A program made the translations under genes and the position numbers. Under the pieces are notes generated by a model. The model was not told where the DNA came from, made no database searches, and saw only the letters and a list, made by a program, of their open reading frames with translations. DNA of 64,000 nucleotides from Candidatus Latescibacterota bacterium. GTDB taxonomy: Bacteria; Latescibacterota; UBA2968; UBA8231. Shown piece by piece: positions 47,487 to 59,583 of this stretch; position 1 is the first letter of the stretch; each line of letters begins with the position of its first letter. The DNA lies in NCBI GenBank assembly GCA_965221775.1, contig CBDCSU010000005.1:352001-416000 (forward strand), given 5' to 3'.

Positions 47487-48560
47487 TCAGCCGCCGCGGG
47501 TGTGCATCTCGCGGTGAGGGTCCTGGCGCAGCTCGTCGATCTGGTAGAGGGCGCCCCGCACCGGCGCGCGGACACGCTCCTCGGCGCCGCGGTCCCGCCG
47601 CCGGGACCAGCCCTCGGCGATCCGTTGCGATAGCTCGCCGGCCGGGACCCCGCGGCGCACCGGCTCGCGCAGGTCGATGCCGTCGCGGGCGTAGAGGCAC
47701 AGGTACCAGAGCCCGTCCGCCGTCAGCCGGCTGCGGTCGCAGCTGCCGCAGAAGGGGCTCGTCGTCGACGAGATGATACCGAAACGCTCGCCCCCGGGAA
47801 GGCGGAAGCTCTCCGCCGGGGCGTTGCCCCGCCCCCCCTCGGCCGAGGCCGGTCCGTAGTGGCCCTGCAGGCGGTCCAGGATCTCCTCGCGGGAGTAGAC
47901 CCGCTCCGGCTGCCAGAGGGTGGCGCCGCCCACGTCCATGTACTCGATGAAGCGGACCTCGGCGCCCAGGCGGCTGCCGAAGCCGACCAGGTCGACGATC
48001 TCGTCGTCGTTGAAGTCGCGCATGACCACGGTGTTGATCTTCAGCGACTCGAAGCCGGCGGCGGCGGAGGCCTCGATGCCGGCGATCACGTCGTCGAGGG
48101 CGGCCCTCCGCGTCAGGGTCTCGAAGCGCGCCGGCTTGAGGGAGTCGAGGCTGACCGTGACCCGGCGCAGCCCGGCCTCGCGCAGGGCCCGCGCGTGGCG
48201 GGCCAGCTGCGTGGCGTTGGTGGTGAGGGCGATGTCGTCCAGACCGCGCTCGTCGAGGCCAGCGATCAGGTCGGGGAGGCGGGCCCGCAGCAGCGGCTCG
48301 CCGCCGGTCAGGCGGACCCGCCGCACGCCGTTGGCGGCGAAGGCGTCCACCAGGACCAGGATCTCGTCGAAGGTCAGGATGTCCGCCTTGGGCAGCCAGG
48401 TGTACTCGTCCTCGGGCATGCAGTAGGCGCAGCGCAGGTCGCAGCGGTCGATGACCGAGATCCGCAGCGACTGCAGGGGCCGGCCGTAGACGTCGGCCGC
48501 GGCCTCGCGCACGGTGCCGGGAAGGCTGGGAGAGGGGGCGGTCACAAGGTTGCAGAACAT
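47487..48560 (-). CDS. moaA: GTP 3',8-cyclase
   Basis: LRISV.DRCDLRCAYCMP radical-SAM motif, RLTGGEPLLR, FIEYMD, FCGSCDRSRLT, C-terminal GG. The start is uncertain. Confidence 0.95.
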   Translation of the reverse strand: MFCNLVTAPSPSLPGTVREAAADVYGRPLQSLRISVIDRCDLRCAYCMPEDEYTWLPKADILTFDEILVLVDAFAANGVRRVRLTGGEPLLRARLPDLIAGLDERGLDDIALTTNATQLARHARALREAGLRRVTVSLDSLKPARFETLTRRAALDDVIAGIEASAAAGFESLKINTVVMRDFNDDEIVDLVGFGSRLGAEVRFIEYMDVGGATLWQPERVYSREEILDRLQGHYGPASAEGGRGNAPAESFRLPGGERFGIISSTTSPFCGSCDRSRLTADGLWYLCLYARDGIDLREPVRRGVPAGELSQRIAEGWSRRRDRGAEERVRAPVRGALYQIDELRQDPHREMHTRGG

Positions 48561-48685
48561 ACGGGCGAGGCCTGCGGTCCGCAATCGGCGGAAGGTTGGA
48601 AGTCCAAGCCCATCAGTCAGTTACGATCGCTCGGCAGAAGCCCGCCGCCTTGCTCCGCAGCCGTCTCCGGGGTAACTTGGCCCCC

Positions 48686-49612
48686 ATGCCGAGCCCGGAG
48701 ACCGAAGGCCTGCAGCGCCAGCTGTCGGACCGCGGATACATCGCCGGCGCCGACATCTGCCTGTCCCTGCACCTGGCGCGGGAGCTGCGCAAGCCGCTGC
48801 TGGTGGAGGGGCCCGCCGGCGTCGGCAAGACCGAGATCGCCAAGGTCCTGGCCGACCTCCTCGGCACCGATCTGATCCGCCTCCAGTGCTACGAGGGCCT
48901 CGACACCAGCACCGCCCTCTACGAGTGGAACTACCAGCGCCAGCTGCTGCAGATCCGCATGGAGGAGCAGGGCGAGCGCTCCCTCGAGCAGCGCGAGGCC
49001 CACATCTTCTCCGAGCCCTTCCTGCTCAAGCGGCCCCTGCTGCAGGCGATCACCCACCACCGGGCGCCGGTGCTCCTCATCGACGAGCTCGACCGCGCCG
49101 ACGAGGAGTTCGAGAGCTTCCTCCTCGAGCTGCTCTCGGACTGGCAGATCACGATCCCGGAGCTGGGGACGATCCGGGCCACGCACGTGCCCCACGTGGT
49201 GGTCACGGGCAACCGCACCCGCGAGCTCTCCGACGCCCTGCGCCGGCGCTGCTTCTACCTGTGGATCGACTATCCCGACTTCGACAAGGAGCTGGCCATC
49301 GTCGGCGCCCGCGTCGACGGCATCGACGCCGACCTGGCGGCGCAGATCTGCCGCTTCATGGCCGGCGCCCGCCGCCAGCAGCTGGAGAAGCCCCCCGGCG
49401 TGGCCGAGACCCTCGACTGGGCGCGGGCCCTGGTGGCCCTGCACCGCCGCCACCTCGACGCCGCCACCATCGAGGAAACCCTCGGCCTCGTGTTCAAGGA
49501 CTACCACGACGTGACCCACGTGAAGCAGTCCCTGGCCGAGTTCCTGGAAAGCGTCGGGGTCCGCCCGGCCCCGGCCCCCGGCGCCGCGGCCTCCGATGCC
49601 GCCGGCTCCTGA
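48686..49612 (+). CDS. coxD: MoxR-type AAA+ ATPase, CoxD-like
   Basis: EGPAGVGKT, RLQCYEGLD...ALYEWNY, LLIDE.DRADEEFE, DALRRRC, PGVAETLDW. Confidence 0.88.
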   Translation: MPSPETEGLQRQLSDRGYIAGADICLSLHLARELRKPLLVEGPAGVGKTEIAKVLADLLGTDLIRLQCYEGLDTSTALYEWNYQRQLLQIRMEEQGERSLEQREAHIFSEPFLLKRPLLQAITHHRAPVLLIDELDRADEEFESFLLELLSDWQITIPELGTIRATHVPHVVVTGNRTRELSDALRRRCFYLWIDYPDFDKELAIVGARVDGIDADLAAQICRFMAGARRQQLEKPPGVAETLDWARALVALHRRHLDAATIEETLGLVFKDYHDVTHVKQSLAEFLESVGVRPAPAPGAAASDAAGS

Positions 49613-50939
49613 CACGCCCTCCCCGGGCTCCTTCCCCGACGACCTCGCCCTCCACGGCGCCCTGAGCGCCAACGTCGTCGGCTTCTGCCGCCACCTCCGC
49701 GACCGCGGCCTCGGGCTGGGTCCGGCCGAGGCCGCCGACGCCCTCGCCGCCCTCGGACTCGTCGACATCGGCCGCGAGAGCCGGTTCCGCCTCGCCCTGC
49801 GCACCTGCCTGGCCAAGAGCGTCAGGGAGCAGCAGCTCTTCGACGACTGCTTCGACCGCTACTGGCGGGTCTGGGACCGGGCCGGCGAGCTGAACCGGCC
49901 GGCGCCCGACCCCGAGGCCGGGAGCCCGGGCCGCGACCGCTCGCAGCCGGTGCAGATGAGCCTGAGGGAGTGGCTGAGCGCCGGCGACGGGGAGGAGGCG
50001 GAGGAGCAGGAGGAGACCGCGGGCTACAGCGCCGGCGAGGTGATCACCCACCGCGACTTCGCCGGCCTGCGGCCCGACGAGCTGGAGGAGATGGGCCGCG
50101 TCGTGGAGGAGCTGGCCCGGGCCCTGGCGCGGCGGCTCAGCCGCCGCTACCGGCAGCTCGGCGGGCGGGGCCGCCTCGACCTGCGCCGCACCCTGCGCGC
50201 CAACCTGCGCCGCGGCGGCGAGTTGGTCGACCTGGCCTTCCGCTCGCGGCGTCCGCAGAAGCTCAAGCTCGTCGTCCTGTGCGACGTGAGCCGCTCCATG
50301 GACCTCTACAGCCGCTTCCTGCTGCAGTTCCTCTACGCCTTCGCCGCCGCCTACCGCCGCCTGGAGATCTTCGGCTTCAGCACCAGCCTGCGGCGCCTGA
50401 CGCCGGCCCTGCGCGAGGGCGAGTGGGACCGCGTCCTGCGGGGGTTGTCCCGGGAGATGCCGGAGTGGTCGGGCGGCACCCGCATCGGCGCCTGCTTCGC
50501 GAGCTTCGCCGACGCCTGGGCCGAGAGCTTGGTGGACCGGCGCACGGCCGTCATCGTCCTCAGCGACGGCTGGGACACGGGGGAGGCGGAGTTGCTGTCG
50601 TCGTCCCTGTCCCGCATCCGCCGCCGCGCCTTCGCCGTGCTCTGGCTGAACCCGCTGATGGGCAACCCGGGATTCCGCCCCGAGACGGCGGGCCTGCTTG
50701 CGGCCCTGCCCCACGTGGACCTGCTGGCGCCGGCCCACAACGCGGCGGCCCTGCGCGACCTGGCCCGCGGCCTCGGCCGGCTGGAGCGCGGGGGCGTGAG
50801 ACGCAGACCCTGGGCAGGACGCGCTGGACCGGAGCCGGAGAGCGATCCCCCGCCCCCGGCGCCTGACCCCGACGCCCCGAGCTCGGCGAGGAACCTGCGG
50901 GCCCTCGCCGAGGAACGCGCCGCCCGCCGGAAGGGCTGA
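49596..50939 (+). CDS. coxE: VWA domain protein, CoxE-like
   Basis: DLRRTLR, LCDVSRSM, WSGGTRIG, LSDGWDTG, WLNPL. Confidence 0.88.
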   Translation: MPPAPDTPSPGSFPDDLALHGALSANVVGFCRHLRDRGLGLGPAEAADALAALGLVDIGRESRFRLALRTCLAKSVREQQLFDDCFDRYWRVWDRAGELNRPAPDPEAGSPGRDRSQPVQMSLREWLSAGDGEEAEEQEETAGYSAGEVITHRDFAGLRPDELEEMGRVVEELARALARRLSRRYRQLGGRGRLDLRRTLRANLRRGGELVDLAFRSRRPQKLKLVVLCDVSRSMDLYSRFLLQFLYAFAAAYRRLEIFGFSTSLRRLTPALREGEWDRVLRGLSREMPEWSGGTRIGACFASFADAWAESLVDRRTAVIVLSDGWDTGEAELLSSSLSRIRRRAFAVLWLNPLMGNPGFRPETAGLLAALPHVDLLAPAHNAAALRDLARGLGRLERGGVRRRPWAGRAGPEPESDPPPPAPDPDAPSSARNLRALAEERAARRKG

Positions 50940-51057
50940 GGCCGCCGTCAGGGCCGCGAGCCGGGAGAGGCCGCGCGCTCCCGCCGAAGAAGGGTGCCGC
51001 CCGAAGACCTGCCCGCTCCCGATGGCAGAGTTGGCCGGCCGTCGAAGGTCCCGGACC

Positions 51058-51660
51058 TCAGTCCACGCCAGCCGCCGCGCGGTACTGGGCCTCGGTGTCC
51101 ACGTCGGCAAGCACTCCGGGGTCCTCGACGGCCACCTCGACCACACGACCCGGATGACGCGCGAACAGGCGGCGGGCGCCCGTGTCCCCGGACAAGTCGA
51201 GGAGCTCCTCCCGGAAGGCGCGGTCGAAAACCACGGGATGGCCGCGCCGCCCGGCGCGGAGCGGCGCCGCGATGGCCGGCGGCTCCGCGGCTTCGAAGGC
51301 GCGGCACAGGAGCGACACGGTGGCGGGCGTGACGGCGGGCATGTCCCCGAGGGCGATCAGGTAGCCGGAGGCCTCCCCGGGAGCGGCGCGGACCCCCACC
51401 GCCAGAGAGGTGGACATGCCGGCGGCGTAGTCGGGGTTGAGGACGCTCTCGACGCCGCGGTCGTCCAGGGCCGCGCCGACGGCGCCGGCGCGGTGCCCGA
51501 GGACGGCGACGATCCGCCGCAGGCCCGCGGCCTTCAGGCTGTCCGCCGCGGCCGCCACCATGGGGATTCCCTCCGGCCCCCAGGGCAGCAGCAGCTTGGT
51601 GTCGCCGGTCCCGCCGTACCTGGAGGATCGGCCGGCGGCCAGCAGCACCGCGGCGATCAC
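51058..51660 (-). CDS. mocA: Molybdenum cofactor cytidylyltransferase (MocA-like nucleotidyltransferase)
   Basis: GTG 51660 overlaps the xdhC stop; motifs LAAG.SSR.G, NP.Y..GMSTSL, LGDMP, GHPV.F, GD.GAR, DVDT. Confidence 0.85.
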   Translation of the reverse strand: MIAAVLLAAGRSSRYGGTGDTKLLLPWGPEGIPMVAAAADSLKAAGLRRIVAVLGHRAGAVGAALDDRGVESVLNPDYAAGMSTSLAVGVRAAPGEASGYLIALGDMPAVTPATVSLLCRAFEAAEPPAIAAPLRAGRRGHPVVFDRAFREELLDLSGDTGARRLFARHPGRVVEVAVEDPGVLADVDTEAQYRAAAGVD

Positions 51661-52700
51661 GGGGCGCCGCGGCGGACGGCCACCACCTCGGCGAGGATGC
51701 TGAGGGCGATCTCCTCGGGGCTCTCGGCGCCGATGTCCAGGCCCACGGGGCCGTGGATGCGGCCGATCTCCCCGTCGTCGAAGCCGGCCTCGCGCAGCCG
51801 CTCGACCCGCTTGGCGTGGGAGCGGCGGCTGCCGAGGGCGCCGATGTACGCCGCCGGCGAGCGCAGCAGGTGGTGGAGGGCCTCGTCGTCGATCTTGGGG
51901 TCGTGGGTCAGCAGCACGGCAAAGGTGCTCTCGTCCACGGACCAGTCCTCGAAGAAGGGGGCCGGCCAGACGCGCTCCAGCCGCGACGGCGCCTCGGGGA
52001 AGCGCTCGGGTCGGGCGAAGACCTCCCGCGGATCGATGACGACGGTCTCCAGGTCGAGGACCTTCGCCAGGCGCACGAGGGGGATGCAGATGTGGCTGGC
52101 GCCGACCACCAAGAGCCGGTCCCGCCGCGGGAAGACCTGCACGAAGACCGCCTCCGATCCGATCTCGACGACGTCGCTCTCCCGTCTCGAGAAAGCGGAG
52201 ACCGCCGCCTCGAGAGCCGCCGCCGAGGCGGCCCCCCAGTCGCCGGCGGCCACCTCTCCGGCCTCCGGATCGACCAGCAGGTGCGGCCCCTCCCCCGGGG
52301 CCAGCCGGGTCAGCAGCACCGCCGGCCGGTTGGCCTCCAGGCGGGCGCGCAGGGCCTCCCAGACGCCGGGGCTGCCGCCCCCCGCCTGCCCGGGGTGCTG
52401 CTCCACGAGGACCGAGACCTGCCCTCCGCAGGTGAGGCCCACGGACCAGGCGGTCTCGTCGCTGACCCCGTAGTGGAGGCGGCGGGGCTCGCCGTCGGCC
52501 AGGACCTGCCGGGCCTCGGTGATCACGTCGCCCTCGATGCAGCCGCCGCTCACCGAGCCGGCCACCTCCATCTGCCGGCCGACGATCATGGCCGCGCCCA
52601 CCGGCCGCGGAGAGGAGCCCCAGGTCTCGATGACGCGGGCCAGGGCGAAGGGGCGGCCTTCCCCCTCCCAGGCCAGGATGTCCTTCCAGATGTCCTTCAT
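51657..52700 (-). CDS. xdhC: XdhC/CoxF family Moco chaperone
   Basis: GSSPRP.GA, GSVSGGCIE, GLTCGG, THDPKIDD, YIGALGSR, PVGLDIGA.SPEEIA. Confidence 0.9.
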   Translation of the reverse strand: MKDIWKDILAWEGEGRPFALARVIETWGSSPRPVGAAMIVGRQMEVAGSVSGGCIEGDVITEARQVLADGEPRRLHYGVSDETAWSVGLTCGGQVSVLVEQHPGQAGGGSPGVWEALRARLEANRPAVLLTRLAPGEGPHLLVDPEAGEVAAGDWGAASAAALEAAVSAFSRRESDVVEIGSEAVFVQVFPRRDRLLVVGASHICIPLVRLAKVLDLETVVIDPREVFARPERFPEAPSRLERVWPAPFFEDWSVDESTFAVLLTHDPKIDDEALHHLLRSPAAYIGALGSRRSHAKRVERLREAGFDDGEIGRIHGPVGLDIGAESPEEIALSILAEVVAVRRGAP

Positions 52701-52718
52701 TCGTCCCCGCGAAGCTGA

Positions 52719-52749
52719 TTGACGGAGGTGCAGGGCCAATATATATAGT
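52719..52749 (+). promoter_or_regulatory. Sigma70-type promoter for coxGSLM
   Basis: TTGACG at 52719, then TATATA (17-nt spacer) or TATAGT (19-nt spacer), in the short AT-rich divergent gap. Confidence 0.6.
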
Positions 52750-52759
52750 CCGCCCTCCC

Positions 52760-53191
52760 ATGCACCTCGAAGGAACCCACAAGTTCTCCGCCCCGCCGGA
52801 GAGGATCTGGGCCCTGCTCAACGACCCCGACGTGCTCGCCCGCACGACTCCGGGGCTCAGCTCCCTGGAGCCGGAGGGCGGCGACGTGTACAAGGCGCGG
52901 TTCCAGATCAAGCTCGGCCCCGTCAACGGCGGGTTCGACGGCTCCCTGGCCGTCCTCGACAAGGATCCCCCCCGGGGCTACCGCCTCGAGATCGACGTCG
53001 GCGGCCGCCTGGGGACGACGAAGGCGGAGGGCACCTTCGAGATCCGCGGGGAGGAGGAAGGCGCCGTCGTGGCCTTCGCCGGAGATGCCCGCCTCAAGGG
53101 GGTGCTGGCCCGCATGGGCGGCCGCGTGCTGACCGGCGTCGCCCGGCAGTTCACCCGACAGTTCTTCGAAGCACTGGAAAAGGAAGTGTGA
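52760..53191 (+). CDS. coxG: CoxG-like SRPBCC protein
   Basis: W..LNDP.VL....PG, IKLGPV...F.G, G.LA..G.R, FF..L; first gene before coxS. Confidence 0.85.
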   Translation: MHLEGTHKFSAPPERIWALLNDPDVLARTTPGLSSLEPEGGDVYKARFQIKLGPVNGGFDGSLAVLDKDPPRGYRLEIDVGGRLGTTKAEGTFEIRGEEEGAVVAFAGDARLKGVLARMGGRVLTGVARQFTRQFFEALEKEV

Positions 53192-53243
53192 TGGTCCGTC
53201 GGCGACGCGCCATCCCCTCTCCCCCTCCAAGGAGGTAGCGATC

Positions 53244-53708
53244 ATGACGGTTCCGATCCGGGTCACCGTGAACGGGGTGGCCCACGAGCACGAAGTCGAG
53301 CCGCGGCTCCTGCTCGTCGACTACCTGCGCGAGGTGCTGCGCCTCACCGGCACCCACGTGGGCTGCGACACGAGCAGCTGCGGCGCCTGCACGGTCGTCG
53401 TCAACGGCCGCGCCGTGAAGTCCTGCACCCTGCTGGCGGTGCAGGCCGACGGCGGCGAGGTCACCACCGTCGAGGGCCTGGCCGCCAACGGCGAGCTGCA
53501 CCCGATCCAGGCCGGGTTCAAGGAGATGCACGGCCTGCAGTGCGGGTTCTGCACGCCGGGCATGATCATGACCGCCTGGCAGATCCTCGAGCGCAACCCG
53601 GACCCGACGGACGACGAGATCCGCCACGGCCTCGAGGGCAACTACTGCCGCTGCACCGGCTACGACAACATCGTCAAGTCGATCCGCCACGCCGCGGACA
53701 ACCTGTGA
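53244..53708 (+). CDS. coxS: Molybdo-hydroxylase / CO dehydrogenase small (2Fe-2S) subunit
   Basis: [31 protein letters not shown]; AAGGAGG RBS. Confidence 0.93.
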   Translation: MTVPIRVTVNGVAHEHEVEPRLLLVDYLREVLRLTGTHVGCDTSSCGACTVVVNGRAVKSCTLLAVQADGGEVTTVEGLAANGELHPIQAGFKEMHGLQCGFCTPGMIMTAWQILERNPDPTDDEIRHGLEGNYCRCTGYDNIVKSIRHAADNL

Positions 53709-53719
53709 CGGAGGAAACC

Positions 53720-56098
<2,379 letters not shown>

Positions 56099-56111
56099 GG
56101 AGGAGGGAGAG

Positions 56112-56972
56112 ATGATTCCTTCGAGCTTCGAGTACCATCGTCCCGCCTCCCTGGACGAGGCGGTGAGCCTGCTGCAGGAGCACGGCGAGGACGCCAGCCT
56201 GCTGGCCGGCGGCCACAGTCTGCTGCCGGCGATGAAGCTGCGCCTGTCGGCGCCCGAGCACCTGGTCGACATCAGCCGCATCGACGGGCTGCGCGAGATC
56301 CGATCGGAAGGGGGCGGCGTCGTCATCGGCGCCGGCGCCACCCACCACGACGTGGAGTCCTCCGCCGCCGTCGCCGCCGGCGCTCCGCTGCTGGCCCGGG
56401 CCGCCGCCGTCATCGGCGACGTGCAGGTGCGCAACGCCGGCACCATCGGCGGCAGCCTGGCCCACGCCGACCCCGCCGCCGACTACCCGGCGGCGGTGCT
56501 CGCCTCCGAGGGCTCGGTGGAGGTGGTCGGTCCCGGCGGGTCCCGCTCCATCGCCGCCGCCGACTTCTTCGTCGAGCTCTTCGCCACCGCCCTGCAGCCG
56601 GGCGAGATCGTCACCGCCGTGCGGGTGCCCGCCCCGGGCGCCGGCACGGGCGTCTCCTACCTGAAGTTCCCGCACCCGGCGTCGCGCTTCGCCGTCTGCG
56701 GCTGCGCCGCGGCGGTCACCGTCAGCGGCGGCGCCTGCAGCAGCGCCCGCGTCGCCTTCAACGGCATCGCCAGCGCCGCCTTCCGCGACGCCGGCGTGGA
56801 GAGCGCTCTCACCGGCGCCTCCCTCGACGAGAACGCGGTGAAAGCCGCCGTGGCCGGCGCCGCCGAGGGCCAGGAGCTGCTGGCCGACAGCTTCGCCGGC
56901 GAGGACTACCGCCGGCAGCTGGCCCGGGTCTACGCGCGCCGGGCGGTGCTGGCGGCGGCAGCCGCCGCCTGA
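56112..56972 (+). CDS. coxM: FAD-binding medium subunit
   Basis: FEY.RP.SL.EA, LAGGHSLLP.MKLRL, QVRN.GTIGGSLAHADP.AD. Confidence 0.92.
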   Translation: MIPSSFEYHRPASLDEAVSLLQEHGEDASLLAGGHSLLPAMKLRLSAPEHLVDISRIDGLREIRSEGGGVVIGAGATHHDVESSAAVAAGAPLLARAAAVIGDVQVRNAGTIGGSLAHADPAADYPAAVLASEGSVEVVGPGGSRSIAAADFFVELFATALQPGEIVTAVRVPAPGAGTGVSYLKFPHPASRFAVCGCAAAVTVSGGACSSARVAFNGIASAAFRDAGVESALTGASLDENAVKAAVAGAAEGQELLADSFAGEDYRRQLARVYARRAVLAAAAAA

Positions 56973-57007
56973 GGGACCCCCGGGCGCGGCGCACGCCGAG
57001 CACCACG

Positions 57008-57042
57008 GAGGGGCGGGCCTTGCGGTCCGCCCCTCTTTGCTT
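57008..57042 (+). terminator. Intrinsic terminator after coxM
   Basis: 12-bp stem GAGGGGCGGGCC / GGTCCGCCCCTC (one G-U pair), TTGC loop, followed by TTTGCTT. Confidence 0.75.
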
Positions 57043-57064
57043 GTCCGCCGCAGGGGAGACTCCC

Positions 57065-58039
57065 ATGGAACCCGCCATCCGCATGACGGGCGTCACCAAG
57101 AGCTTCGGGCCCACCAAGGCCGTGGAGGACCTGGATCTCGAGGTGCCCCGCGGCGGGCTGCACGGGTTCATCGGACCCAACGGTGCCGGCAAGACGACCT
57201 CGATCCGGATGATCCTGTCCATCCTCTTCCCGGACTCGGGCGCCGTATCGGTTCTGGGACACCCCTCGGCCCTGGACGCCAAGGACCGGATCGGCTACCT
57301 GCCCGAGGAGCGGGGCCTGTACCGGAAGATGAAGGTCCGCTCCTTCCTCAAGTACATGGCCCGCCTCAAGGGCGACGAGGGCCCCGATCTCGACCGCCGC
57401 ATCGGCGAATGGCTGGAGCGCGTCGGTCTATCCGGCGACGGGGGCCGGCGATGCGAGGAGCTGTCCAAGGGGATGTCGCAGAAGGTCCAGTTCGTGGCCG
57501 CCGTGATCCACCGGCCGGACCTGCTGGTGCTCGACGAACCGTTCAGCGGCCTCGACCCCGTGAGCACCCGCAGGCTCCGGGACCTGATCCTCGAGGAGCG
57601 CGGCCGGGGGGCCACGGTCCTGCTCTCCACCCACGTCATGCCCCGGGCCGAGGAGATCTGCGAGCACGTGGTCATGCTCCACAGGGGCCGCAAGGTGCTG
57701 GACGACTCCCTCGCTGCCATCCGCCGGCGCCACGACCCGCGGTCGATCCGCTTCGAGCCCCTCGACCCGGGGGCCGACACCGCGCCCCTCGCTTCGCTGC
57801 CCGGCGTGGAGAGCCTCCGGGACGAGGACCGGGGCCTGGAGATCCGCCTCCGCCAGGGCACCGATCCCTCCGCGGCGATGCGCCTCATCCTGGAGACGGT
57901 CCCCGCGGCGCGCATCGAGCTGGCCCGTCCGCGTCTCGAGGACGTCTTCCTCGAGCAGGCCTCGGAGAGCCGCTCCCCGGAGGAGGAGCGGCAGCTGCGG
58001 GCGCAACTCGGCGACGCCGCTGCGGAAGAGACCGAATGA
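57065..58039 (+). CDS. ABC-2 type exporter ATP-binding protein (YhaQ/NatA-like)
   Basis: GPNGAGKTT, GYLPEERGLY, LSKGM.QK.QF, LDEPFSGLDPV, STH.M. Confidence 0.93.
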   Translation: MEPAIRMTGVTKSFGPTKAVEDLDLEVPRGGLHGFIGPNGAGKTTSIRMILSILFPDSGAVSVLGHPSALDAKDRIGYLPEERGLYRKMKVRSFLKYMARLKGDEGPDLDRRIGEWLERVGLSGDGGRRCEELSKGMSQKVQFVAAVIHRPDLLVLDEPFSGLDPVSTRRLRDLILEERGRGATVLLSTHVMPRAEEICEHVVMLHRGRKVLDDSLAAIRRRHDPRSIRFEPLDPGADTAPLASLPGVESLRDEDRGLEIRLRQGTDPSAAMRLILETVPAARIELARPRLEDVFLEQASESRSPEEERQLRAQLGDAAAEETE

Positions 58040-59415
58040 GACGCGTCCTCAGGATCGCGCTCCGGGACTTCCTCGCCGTCGTGACCAGGAAGGGCTTCGT
58101 CCTCGGGGTGCTGTTCACGCCGGCCATGATCGCGGCCATGGTCCTCCTGGGACCCCGGTACCTGCAGATGCTCCATGACGCGGACTTCCGGATCGAGGGG
58201 GAGTACGCCGTCCTCGATCCGACAGGGCGGGTCCTCGCCGAGATGGAGCGGGCCCTGGATGCGGGGGGAATCGCGGAAGACGAGCTGCGGGAGCTGCGCC
58301 GGAACCTGGAACAGGCGCCGGAGGCGGCCCGGGCCCTCGCCGAGGCCGCCATCGAGCAGGCGCGGCGGGAGTCCCACTGGCCCGCCGGCGAGGTCCGGCT
58401 GATCCCGCTGGCCTCGGGTGCGGAGGTGGAGACCGCGAAAGCCGGGCTGAACGAGGAGAGCGGCGGGGCGGGGCATCGCGCCCTGATCGTGATCCACGAG
58501 GACGCCGTGGAGGCGGCCGGTCCCGCGGCCGAACTCGGGACCTACGACCTGTACGTGCCCCCCGGCCTCGACGAGCGGGAGCTGGACTTCCTGCACCGCA
58601 TCGCCCGGGAGGCGATCGTCGGCGCCCGCGTCTCCGCCCGGGGCCAGGAGCGGGCCAGGATCGAGTCCCTCGTGCGGGTCTCCCGGCAGCGGTCGACCAC
58701 GGTCGGCGCGGGGGACGAACTGCAGACCGTCAGGGGTTTCACCTTCATCCTGCCGGCGGCTTTCACCATGCTCCTGTTCCTGGGGGTAATGTCCGGCGGG
58801 CAGATGCTGCTGACCTCGATGGTAGAGGAGAAGTCGAGCCGTGTCGTGGAGGTGCTCCTGTCGGCGGTGTCGCCCATGGAGCTGATGGCCGGAAAGCTCA
58901 TCGGAGGCGTGGCCGTCTGCCTGGTCATGATGGGCGTCTACATCCTGACGGGACTGGCGATGCTGGCCTCCTTCTCCCTTCTCGGCCTCCTCGATCCCTG
59001 GCTGATCCTCTACCTGGTGATCTTCTTCTTCATCGGCTTCTTCACCCTCGGGGCCCTGATGCTGGCCGCCGGATCCGCCGTCAACGACATGAACGAGGCC
59101 GGGCCTCTCCTGACGCCCCTCATGGTCGTCTTCATGGCCCCGTGGCTCCTCTGGCCGCTGGTCTCCAGCGACCCCGGCCACACGGTCGCCGTCGTCGCGA
59201 GCTACCTGCCGCCCGTCAACACCTTCGGCATGCTCATGCGCATGGCCTCGACCCAGCCGCCCCCCTGGTGGGAGGTCTGGCTGTCGATCGCGGTGGGCGC
59301 CGCCGCGGTGGTCGGAGCCGTTTGGGTGGCGGCCAAGGTCTTCCGCATCGGGCTGCTGATGCAGGGCAAGCCGCCCGGCCTGAGGACCCTCCTCGCCTGG
59401 GTCAGGGCCGCCTGA
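58036..59415 (+). CDS. ABC-2 type exporter permease (YhaP/NatB-like)
   Basis: ATGA overlap with the ATPase; one TM, a large loop, then five TM; motif VEEKSSRVVEVLLS.V.P.ELM.GK. Confidence 0.9.
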   Translation: MRRVLRIALRDFLAVVTRKGFVLGVLFTPAMIAAMVLLGPRYLQMLHDADFRIEGEYAVLDPTGRVLAEMERALDAGGIAEDELRELRRNLEQAPEAARALAEAAIEQARRESHWPAGEVRLIPLASGAEVETAKAGLNEESGGAGHRALIVIHEDAVEAAGPAAELGTYDLYVPPGLDERELDFLHRIAREAIVGARVSARGQERARIESLVRVSRQRSTTVGAGDELQTVRGFTFILPAAFTMLLFLGVMSGGQMLLTSMVEEKSSRVVEVLLSAVSPMELMAGKLIGGVAVCLVMMGVYILTGLAMLASFSLLGLLDPWLILYLVIFFFIGFFTLGALMLAAGSAVNDMNEAGPLLTPLMVVFMAPWLLWPLVSSDPGHTVAVVASYLPPVNTFGMLMRMASTQPPPWWEVWLSIAVGAAAVVGAVWVAAKVFRIGLLMQGKPPGLRTLLAWVRAA

Positions 59416-59583
59416 GTCCCGGGTGGCCGCCCCCGCCGAGGGCCGGGAGCTGCTCGCCGACGGCTACGCCGGCGAGGACTGCGTCCCGGCCGCCGCCCGG
59501 GTCCAGCCGCGCCGGCCGGTTCTCGCGCCGCGCGATCGTCACTTCGGCCTCTGCCAAGCTGAGATGACTCTCCCCTCCCTCCC

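Noticed and set aside
48560-48686. Moco riboswitch or ModE box between moaA and coxD
   Set aside because: No consensus that I can recognise. An Rfam covariance search would be needed.
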